This document shows positions 53,990-64,000 of a stretch of 64,000 nt of DNA, one piece after another. Below the pieces are notes generated by a model, which saw only the letters and a list, made by a program, of their open reading frames with translations, did no database searches and was not told where the DNA came from. The stretch is from Cyanophora paradoxa CCMP329 (lineage: Eukaryota; Plantae; Glaucophyta): contig QPMI01000114.1 of the NCBI GenBank assembly GCA_004431415.1, positions 62,001 through 126,000 on the forward strand, given 5' to 3'. The position numbers and the translations under genes are program-made. The first letter of the stretch is position 1. Every line of letters starts with the position of its first letter.

Positions 53990-56500
53990 TCAATGAATTC
54001 GCACACACCGAGACAATACGGCTAGGAATAGAACTGAGGTGTCCGTAATGTGTCAAGTCGAAAGATGAGCCTACTGGTTGCGCCGGGTATACGTAGGGAA
54101 CCTATCAGCCATCGGACAGGGTGGAGCTAGCCAAGGAGACGTAAACTAAAGCAAAGCTAACCCAGAGCATAGAGCTACTACCTATACATCTAGCCTAGCT
54201 TAGGACTAGGCTACAGAGAGGACTACCCAGGGGTCTACGAGAGGGAGGTAAATCAAAACACTACTACTGCTAGTGATGCCTGCCTAGGGACCGTCGGGAC
54301 GTTCGGAGCTCGCGGGCTGTTCTACTGTACGGTAGGAAAGCCAGGACGGACCCGCGGTCTAATCTGCCTACTCTCGACGCGGCCGCGACTACAGCTAGCG
54401 CGGCGGGCTCCGCGTCGAGGGGGCCGCTCGCCCGAAGCGCGGGTGGAAGCACGTCGGCATAGAGGGGCCGAGGGGAATGAGGCGAGGGGGGACGTTGCGG
54501 GGAAGAAGTGGGGCGGGACGGAGAAGGTCGGCGCCGGCCGTGGCGGGGAGGGGGAGGGTCAGAAGTCTCGGTCAGCAGGGCTTCCAGCCTCGAACCAGCC
54601 GCCGCACCCCCGCCGCGGGCAATTGCGAGCCCCCCTCCGCGGCGGTCCATCAACCCACGGTCCTGGCGCGATGGCCGGGGTATCTGGTGGGTGCAACGAC
54701 CAGCCGAAGCCTTCCGCCAAGCCTAGGCCTTCCGGTCCATCGTTCCCTCCCTGTCGAGGCGCGAGGAGCGTGGGCGAGGTCGTGAGTGGGAGGCAGGGCC
54801 AAGAGAGCGAGCGGGAGAGCAGAGCGGGAGAGGGAGGCAAGGCAGGCACTCGCTTGGGCGGGGGGGCCCAGCGAGTCGGTCGGGGCGGCTATAACTAGTG
54901 TGTGCGAGGCTAAGAGTAGATCAGGGAAGTTTTTCGAGGACTAGGTATGGTGAAGTAGTAGGTAGGTGGTGTCGAGAGTCGAGAGTCTCCTCCCGACGTA
55001 GCCCCCCCCCCCCCCCCCTTTCGCGCGGCTCGGGGTACCGTTTAGAGCGGGCTAGGATGTGACTCCCAAGGGCGTACCTTGACGCAATCGTAGAGCTCTT
55101 GGGCGCGGAGCGCCGCCTTCCAGCCCGCGTACTCCGGTGGGCAGTCTGCGTTCCGCGCGGCGTTGAGTAGATTGTGAAGGCGAATCGGCCCGTCGCAGGC
55201 GGCGCAGACTTCCTTACAGGTCCGGGGGCCGCGGGCCCGCTCTCGGGCGCGGGCGCCCGTGCGGGGCGGGCGCGGTCGCTTCTTTGAGGCCTGGGAGATG
55301 CGGCAGTCGCGTTCCCACTCCGCGTTGATGTCGCAGCGGCGTGACCAGAGGCGTCGGGCCCGCTCCAGAAGCGTCTGCCGAACGCGTTTAGCTGCGCGTG
55401 CCGCGTATCGGGGTGCGAGGTTCAGGCAGCGTGCGAGGGCGCTTTCTAGACTCTGCGGGGCGAGGCCCTGGAGCACCCAGAGGCGCGGATACGCGTACGG
55501 CCTACCATCGTAGCTGCGCGCTTCGGCGTCGTCGTCCGCGACGCGGAGGAAGATTGGGACCAGGTCGGGGGCAAGGAGGGCTCCTGCCGGCGGCGCTGTG
55601 AGGCCGTGGGCCTCTCTGTATGCGCAGAGGAGAAGTCGGTTCAGTTCACGAGCAGTCTCCGCGCGGTGCGCGACCGCATGCGGACCCGGGCACAGGAAGA
55701 CGTGCGGGAAGGTTTCAGTCGGTCCTGCGGTAAGAGCCGTCGGTGCCCGGTTCGGGCGGCTGGGGCCCGCTGCTGGTTGGATGCGAGGCTGTTGGTGCAG
55801 TCTGGTTGTTCTGTGAGGCTGTCGGGCCGCTAGTCTCTGCACGAGGGAGCGGCGTTCTGGTGGCGCAGCCCGCACAGCGTCCCTCAGGGTTGCAGGCGGC
55901 GTAGAGTTCCTTCTGGTCACGTACCCGGACTTCGTTCGCTGGTAGCGAGCTACAGAGCAGCTCCGTCCGAAACTTGAATAGCGCGTTGCGGGCACCATTT
56001 GCGCCTTGGAATCGGGAGCCTACGGTCGTTTCCGCATAGAGCCCTGCTATGTCTGCGCCGTCGGCGCCTCGGCGCAGGAGCGCGCCAGCCAGCGGTTGTT
56101 GGGTCCAGGCAAAGTGCTTCTGGTGCTCGTGAAGTGCGTCCATGTGTGCCTTGGGGTCCCCTTCCACCCGTCGTGTGCGCCCTTCGGGGTCGCTGATGGT
56201 GAGCACCGCAGGCATGCTGAAGGCCGGCGGCAGAAAGAGAGGTTCATGCCGGTTTTCGTCCGCTAGCTCCAGGTCGGCCGCCACGTTCGCTCCGGCGTCG
56301 GCGACGTCGTTGTGGGGGTTGCGGGCGTCGCCCTCTCTGGCCCTCTTTGGCCCTCTTGACCAGACGAAAGCGTTAACGTCAAAGTAGCCCGCGCGAGCGT
56401 TAACCGTCTGGCCCTCTTTCAGGCTCCCGTCCGTCCAGGCGTACGCTGGGGCGTCGGCCACGTAGGAGCCGCCGGACGCCGCCTCGGCCTCCAGGTGCTC
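53990..56500 (-). mobile_element. 5'-truncated second copy of E3 with an internal RNase H deletion
   Basis: High identity to 27347-~30112. Same 3' terminus (tcaatgaattcgcacacacc on the + strand). Confidence 0.93.
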
Positions 56501-56589
56501 GACTGGATTTCCTGACGCCAGGCCATGCGACTGTCGTGGCAGACTTGTTTTTCTGATGAAGGATTATGCTCCGGCCTGCATGCCTCTGC

Positions 56590-57110
56590 CCCACCCGGCG
56601 AGCCGCACCGCCGTCCGGCGGCCCGTGGCGCCTCCGGTCAGTCCACCAAACCACGTTGCCAGCCCGTTGCGCTTGGAGGCTGCGTCCCACGCGGCGAGCC
56701 ACAGCGCCTGCCCCGCCGGGCCGTCCGACGGTCCACCAAGCCATGCCGCCAGGCCGCCGCGCTCCGAGGCTGCGCCCCACCCGGCTAGCCACGACGTCCC
56801 GTGGCTGCCCGCTGCGCCTCCGCCCATACCGGTGCACCTGAGCAGCCGCTGAGCCAGGACATCTGCTGGTGCGTATGCGAGCCGTGACTGCTGCGGGCCT
56901 GCATGCGGGCCTGCGAGCCGGCCCGCTCCAGCCTCGAGCCGGGTCGAGCCGGGCTCCAGCGCTGTACTTGATCATGAGCTCGAGGCAATTGCAGAAATTG
57001 AGGGGAGAGGCTCGAGGATCCGGAGAGTCGGCCGCGGGTCGAGCCGGGCTCCGAGGCTCGATGCAGCACTGTACTTGAGGTCGAGGCAATTGCAGAAATT
57101 GAGGGGAGAT
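56590..57110. repeat. Degenerate ~90-100 bp minisatellite units leading into the array
   Basis: ccacScggcKagcc at ~56591, 56687 and 56777. tcgaggcaattgcagaaattgaggggaga occurs twice. Confidence 0.6.
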
Positions 57111-60100
57111 CTCCTCGTCATTAAGGGGATGGGCGAGGTTCCGGCGCAAATATATACTATTAACGTGCAGCTGCATGCAGGGCTGCGGAGGCGAGCTCGC
57201 TCGCGAGGGCGCACGGAAATATGTCCAGGCCTGTCCAGGATCGAAAATTTGCCAAGTTGGTGTCGGCTGGGTTCTGGTGCTCTTTCGCCCCCAGAGAGCT
57301 TGCGCAAAGCTTGGAAAAGCTCTCAAATGCATACTGTAGCGATGGGCATGCGGGAGGATGCGAGGGCGCGCAGAAAGATGGACACGTTCGTCAAGGATCG
57401 AATTTTCGGGGTCGGTTGGGTCCTCGCGGCCCGGCGCATCTGTAAAGCATGCAGATTGCTTTATCTTCATCTGAAATGCATATACTATTGTTCCGCGCAT
57501 GCGCCGCGGCGTGGGCGCGGGGAAAGATGTCCGGGGCTGGGCAGGATCGAATGTTTGCCGCCGGGCACCTTGCTGCCCTGTTCCGCTTCGAAAAGCGGAT
57601 TCCTGGAGTGCGCAGGTGCTACTATGTCTATGCGCACCAGTACGTATCGATTGCGCGCGTCGTGGGACCATTCGGAACCGGCTGGATCAAATTTTCGGTC
57701 GACTCTTAAAAAGGTTCGGGCTGGAGCGTCGACGGCGGCCGAGATCGAGCTTGCAGCGGTGCGCGCGCCCTCCGCTCTCATTCTATACCGCTCTGGGGCG
57801 TCCCTGGCGTGCTTTCGTCGCGGGACCGGGCGGGACCGGGTCCCACTTTTTGGAGTTTCGCGATCGAACCGTGGTATATACTATGATATACTGGAATCGA
57901 TCCAGGAGGGAGAGCGATCGTCTTAGGGGAGCCAGGATCGAAATTGATTCTGGATATGGCGGCATGCAAGCCGGAGATTTGATCCATGAGAGGAATTGGA
58001 TGGGTAGTTGCGTGATGTCAGTGCATCATGTCACTGTTGAGGTGAGTGCGTGAATTGATCCAGGACGAGTTCGGGGCGAACACGTGGGACGGACGTTTCT
58101 CGGACGTTACAGGAATTTCGGTCGCCGATCTGGATTTCCGACAAGCCCTGGGCCCTGCGGGTCCCAAACATCGGGCGAAGCCCTTGCCGCCCCTTCGCGT
58201 CCCCCTTTTTCATCGCGGCCCGTCGCGGCCCGCCCTCGCTGTGCTCTATCTAAATCATGACTCGCCCCGGTCCCCGTCCCGGCCCCTTATTTATCGTGGC
58301 CCGTCGTGGCTCTCAGTGGATGGCCATGCATGGGTGGGGCTGGGAGTGAGAGGGGATTCGTAGGGAGGGCTTGTGAGAGGAAATATAATAAGGGAAGGCG
58401 TTGTCCTGAGAGCAGGTGTCCTGGGAGAATATAATTATGGTATTAGGGAAATTGGTGGGGCGGATCGAGAGAGAATATAATGAGGGGAGGAATGGTGCTG
58501 CCAATCAGCTGCAGGTAGTTATAGCTGTGATTGCAATTGGGGCAATTCCAGCAATTGAGGGGAGAGTGTTGAGAGGAGAGGCGAGATTGTGGCGTGCAGG
58601 CCGCCGGGCGCATGCGTAGAGCTTGCAGATCGGTTAAACAGAATCTCGAATGTATAAAGGATCGATGTGCAGGGCTGCAGAGGCGAGGGCGCGTTGAAAT
58701 ATGTGCAGGCCTGTCCAGGATCGAAATTTTCGTGTCGACTGGGTTCTCGTGCTTCGTCGCGTCCGCAGAGCTTGGAGAAGGCTTTGAAAAGATGTTAAAT
58801 GAATACTGTAGCGATGGGCATGCGTGGGGCTGCGAGGGCGCGCGAAAAGATGTGCAGGTTCGTGCAGGATCGAATTTTCGGGGTCGGCTGGGTCCTCGCG
58901 GCCCGGCGCATTTGGAGCCCGTGCAAAAGGCTTCGTCTACATCTCGAATGCATATGCTATTGTTCCGCGCATGCGCCGCGGCGTCGGCGCGCGGAAAGTT
59001 GCCCGGGACTGTGCAGGATCGAATTGTTGCCGCTGGGTACCTTCCTGCACTGTTCCGGCTCCGAGAAGCGGATTCCTGGAGTGCGCAGGCCGTGCTATGT
59101 CTATGCGCGCGAGAACGCATCGATTGCGCGCGTCGTGGGACCGGGCGGGATCGGCTGGGTCGAAATTTCGGCCGACTCTTCGCACTGGAGCATCGACGGC
59201 GGCCGAAATCGAGCTCATGGTGATGTGCGCGCTCTAATCTGTAACTCTGCATCGCTCTGGGGCGTCTATGGCGGCCTTTCGTCGCGGGACCGGGCGGGAC
59301 CGGGTCCCACTTTTTGGGGTTTCGCGATCGAGCCGGGGTATAAATACCGGAATTGATCCGTGAGGGAAATGCGATTTTCGCGCGACGCTCACGGGCGGAA
59401 TTTTAGGGGAGCTATGACTGCGAAAAAAAATCAGTGGAGGTTGGCCGCCTGTCAGTTCTACTGTGTCACGTCGGAGACCGTTCGCCTTCATTGCGGAGGT
59501 TGCGACTCTGGACGCTCGGACCAATTGGACTCGAGTGGAAAACAAATAGATCCGCCCGTTCACCATTGACATACGGAAGAGGCTTCACCCGACAAGCCCT
59601 GGGCCCCTGCGGGTCCCAAACATCGGGCGAAGCCCTTGCCGCCCCCTTTGCGTCCCCCTTGTTCATCGCGGCCCGTCGCGGCCCGCCCCTTCCCGTGCCA
59701 TATTGATTTCATGAGTCGCCGCGGTCCCCGTCCCGGTCCCCTTATTTATCGCGGACCGTCGTGGCTGGGCCGGGTGGGGTAGGGTGGGGTCTGGCGGGGC
59801 GATGAAATTAAAGGGGAGGGGAGGGATCCTGAGAGGGAGCAGAATTAGGGGAGGAGTTGTCCTGAGAGGAGTTGTGTTCAGAGAATATAATTATGTAATT
59901 AGGGGAATTAATATTGCTGGGGCTGAGAGATCGAATATAATGAGGGGAGGGATGGTGCTGCCAATCAGCTAGCTGTAGTTGACCTGGAGGCGCTGAGGAA
60001 ATTGACAGGAGAGTGTTGAGGGGAGGATTGAGAATCTCGCGGCGAGGCGCATGCGTAGAGCTTGTGAATTGCTTAAACAGAATCTGGAATGCGCTCTCTG

Positions 60101-63100
60101 TCGATGTGCAGGGCTACGGAGGCGAGGGCGCGCGAAAATACATGCAGGCGCTGAGGAAATTGACAGGAGAGCGTTGACGGGAGGATTGAGAATCTCGCGG
60201 CCAGGCGCATGCGTAGAGCTTGTGAATCGTTTAAACAGACTCTCGGATACATACATGATCGATGTCCAGGGCTGCGGAGGCGAGGGCGCGCGAAAATACA
60301 TGCAGGCCTGTCCAAGATGGGGAATTTGGCGTCGGCTGGGTTCTCGTGCTCCGTCGCGTCCGCAGAGCTTGCGAAACGCTTTGAAAAGATGTTTAATAAA
60401 TACTGTAGCGATGGGCATGGGTGAGGACGCGAGGGCGTGCGGAAAGATGCGCAGGTCCGTCCAGGATCAAATTTTGGGGTCGGCTGGATCCTGGCGGCCC
60501 GGCGCATCAGTTAAGCATGGAGAATGCATTTTCTACATCTCCAATGCTTATACTATTGATCCGCGCATGCGCCGCGACGTCGGCGCGCGGAAAGATGTCC
60601 GGGGCCGTGCAGGATCGAATTTTTGCCATCGGGCACATTCCTGCGCTGTTCCGGCTGCGCAAAGCGGATATCTGGAGTGCGCAGGCCCTGCTATGTCTAT
60701 GCGCGCCAGTACGCATCGATTGCGCGCGTCGGGGGACCGGGCGGAACCGGCAGGATCAAAATTTCGGCCGACTCTCTGGAGTGGAGCGTCGGCGGCGGCC
60801 GAAATCGAGCTTGCCACAATGCGCGCGCTCTTGGCTGTCATTGTGACCGTTCTGGGACATCCCTGGCGCGCTTTCGTCGCGGGACCGGGCGGGACCGGGT
60901 CCCACTTTTTGGCGCTTCGCGATCGAACCGGGGGTATAAATACCGGAATCGATCCAGGAGCGAAATTCGATTTTCGCGCGGGGACCCAGGAGTCCGGACG
61001 GAATTTGAGGGGAGCCACGAGTCCAAAAATAAGTGTAATGTCCGTGTTCAGCTATGTAACGTCGGAGACCGTTCGCCTTCATCGTGGAGGTTGTCAAGCT
61101 CGACGCTCGGACCAATCGGATTCGAGTGGAAAAAAATAATTTCGCCCGTTCACCATCGACCTACGGAAGAGGCTTCGCCCGACATGCCCTGGGCCCCTGC
61201 GGGTCCCAAGCATCGGGCGAAGCCCTTGCCGCCCCCTTTGCGTCCCCCTTGTTCATCGCGGCCCGTCGCGGCCCGCCCCTCGCCATGCCCTATTTAAATC
61301 ATGAGTCGCCGCGGTCCCCATCCCGGTCCCCTTATTTATCGCGGGCCGTCGTGGCTGGGCCGGGTGGGGTAGGGTGGGGTCTGGCGGGGCGATGAAATTA
61401 AAGGGGAGGGGAGGGATCCTGAGAGGGAGCAGAATTAGGGGAGGAGTTGTCCTGAGAGGAGTTGTGTTCAGAGAATATAATTATGTAATTAGGGGAATTA
61501 ATATTGCTGGGGCTGAGAGAATATAATGAGGGGAGGGATGGTGCTGCCAATCAGCTAGCTGTAGTTGACCTGGAGGCGCTGAGGAAATTGACAGGAGAGT
61601 GTTGAGGGGAGGGGCGAGGTTCTCGCGGCCAGCTGCAGGCGCATGCACAGAGTTCATGCATCTCTTAAACAGAATCTCGCGGATGGGAGGATTGAGAATC
61701 TCGCGGCGAGGCGCATGCGTAGAGCTTGTGAATTGCTTAAACAGAATCTGGAATGCGCTCTCTGTCGATGTGCAGGGCTACGGAGGCGAGGGCGCGCGAA
61801 AATACATGCAGGCGCTGAGGAAATTGACAGGAGAGCGTTGACGGGAGGATTGAGAATCTCGCGGCCAGGCGCATGCGTAGAGCTTGTGAATCGTTTAAAC
61901 AGACTCTCGGATACATACATGATGGATGTCCAGGGATACGGAGGCGAGGGCGCGCGAAAATACATGCAGGCCTGTCCAGGATGGGGAATTTGGCGTCGGC
62001 TGGGTTCTCGTGCTCCGTCGCATCCGCAGAGCTTGCGAAACGCTTTGAAAAGATGTTTAATAAATACTGTAGCGATGGGCATGGGTGAGGACGCGAGGGC
62101 GTGCGGAAAGATGCGCAGGTCCGTCCAGGATCAAATTTTGGGGTCGGCTGGATCCTGGCGACCCGGCGCATCAGTTAAGCATGGAGAATGCATTTTCTAC
62201 ATCTCCAATGCTTATACTATTGATCCGCGCATGCGCCGCGACGTCGGCGCGCGGAAAGATGTCCGGGGCCGTGCAGGATCGAATTTTTGCCATCGGGCAC
62301 ATTCCTGCGCTGTTCCGGCTGCGAAAAGCGGATATCTGGAGTGCGCAGGCCCTGCTATGTCTATGCGCGCCAGTACGCATCGATTGCGCGCGTCGGGGGA
62401 CCGGGCGGAACCGGCAGGATCAAAATTTCGGCCGACTCTTCGCACTGGAGCGTCGGCGGCGGCCGAAATCGAGCTTGCCACAATGCGCGCGCTCTTGGCT
62501 GTCATTGTGACCGTTCTGGGACATCCCTGGCGCGCTTTCGTCGCGGGACCGGGCGGGACCGGGTCCCACTTTTTGGCGCTTCGCGATCGAACCGGGGGTA
62601 TAAATACCGGAATCGATCCAGGAGCGAAATTCGATTTTCGCGCGGGGACCCAGGAGTCCGGACGGAATTTGAGGGGAGCCACGAGTCCAAAAATAAGTGT
62701 AATGTCCGTGTTCAGCTATGTAACGTCGGAGACCGTTCGCCTTCATCGTGGAGGTTGTCAAGCTCGACGCTCGGACCAATCGGATTCGAGTGGAAAAAAA
62801 ATAATTTCGCCCGTTCACCATCGACCTACGGAAGAGGCTTCGCCCGACAAGCCCTGGGCCCTGCGGGTCCCAACCATCGGGCGAAGCCTCTGCCGCCCCC
62901 TTCGCGTCCCCCTTATTCATCGCGGCCCGTCGCGGCCCCGCCCGTATTTATTTCATGAGTCGCCGCGGTCCCCGTCCCGGTCCCCTTATTTATCGCGGGC
63001 CGTCGTAGCTGGGCCGGGTGGGGTAGGGTGGGGCCTGGCGGGGCGATGAAATTAAAGGGGAGGGGAGGGATCCTGAGAGCGAATATATATAATTAGGGGA

Positions 63101-64000
63101 GGAGTTGTCCTGAGAGGAGTTGTGCTCAGAGAATATAATTATGTAATCAGGGGAATTAATATTGCTGGGGCTGAGAGAATATAACGAGGGGAGGGAAGGT
63201 GCTGCCAACCAGCTAGCTGTAGTTGACCTGGAGGCGCTGAGGAAATTGACAGGAGAGTGTTGAGGGGAGGATTGAGAATCTCGCGGCCAGGCGCATGCGT
63301 AGAGCTTGTGAATTGCTTAAACAGAATCTCGAATGCGTAGAGGATCGATGTGCGCATGCAGGGCTACGGAGGCGAGGGCGCGCAAATACATGCAGGCCTG
63401 TCCAGGATCGAAAATTTGGCGTTGGCTGGGATATCATGCTCTGTCGCGTCCGCAGAGCTTGTGAAAGGCTTTGAAAAGATGTTAAATACATACTGTAGCG
63501 ACGGGCATGGGTGAGGACGCGAGGGCGTGTGGAAAGATGCGCAGGTCCGTCCAGGATCGAATTTTCGGGGTCGGCTGGGTCCTCGCGGTCCGGCGCATCT
63601 GCAGAGCGCGCGGAAGGCCTCTTCTACATCTCAAATGCATATGCTATTGATCCGCGCATGCGCCGCGGCGTCGGCGCGCGGAAAGATGTCCGGGGGTGTG
63701 CAGGATCGAATTTTCGCCATCGGGTACCTTCCTGAGCTGGCCCGGCTCCGAAAAGCGGATATCTGGGATGCGCAGGCCCTGCTATGTCTATGCGCGCCAG
63801 TACGCATCGAATGCGCGCGCCGCGGGACCGGACGGAACTGGCAGGATCAGATTTTCGGCCGACTCTTCGCACTGGAGCGTCGACGGCGGCCGAAATCGAG
63901 CTTGCAGCGATGCGCGCGCCCTGCTCTGTCGTTCTGCATTGCACTGGGGCGTCCCTGGCGCGCTTTCGTCGCGGGACCGGGCGGGACCGGGTCCCACTTT
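57068..64000. repeat. Head-to-tail macrosatellite, ~5 units of 1.43-1.66 kb, continuing past the window
   Basis: Anchor cgggaccgggcgggaccgggtcccacttt at 57821, 59285, 60880, 62544 and 63972 (periods 1464, 1595, 1664, 1428). Confidence 0.95.

Noticed and set aside
60051-63049. 362-aa and 468-aa ORFs in the tandem array
   Set aside because: Not conserved in units 1, 2 or 5, and no recognisable motifs.

Overview
A GC-rich eukaryotic window. The host genes have short (~50-80 nt) GC-rich introns, several with GC-AG donors; the style suggests a glaucophyte or other alga such as Cyanophora, which is inference only. Transposons dominate. There are three related long single-ORF non-LTR retrotransposons (APE-RT-RNase H-Zn fingers; E1, E2, E3) and a truncated second copy of E3. 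There is also an L1/Tx1-like LINE inserted in a Tc1/mariner-type MITE, and two copies of a non-autonomous polyA retroposon family. Target-site duplications (TSDs) show a three-level nest at 16.3-36.2 kb. Host genes include a FUT8/GT23-like fucosyltransferase, an RWP-RK factor, a Nudix hydrolase, a GT-A/DUF6492-like protein and a coiled-coil gene. A 3.6 kb segmental duplication is present, and a ~1.4-1.7 kb-unit tandem array runs off the right end. The main finding is the intact ~3,500-aa polyprotein of E2. Its RNase H domain is split in the His loop by an in-frame ~1,170-aa cassette carrying two Ulp1/C48-like protease domains, one with a full catalytic set and one degenerate. Its two relatives in the same window have a 9-aa loop at that position.
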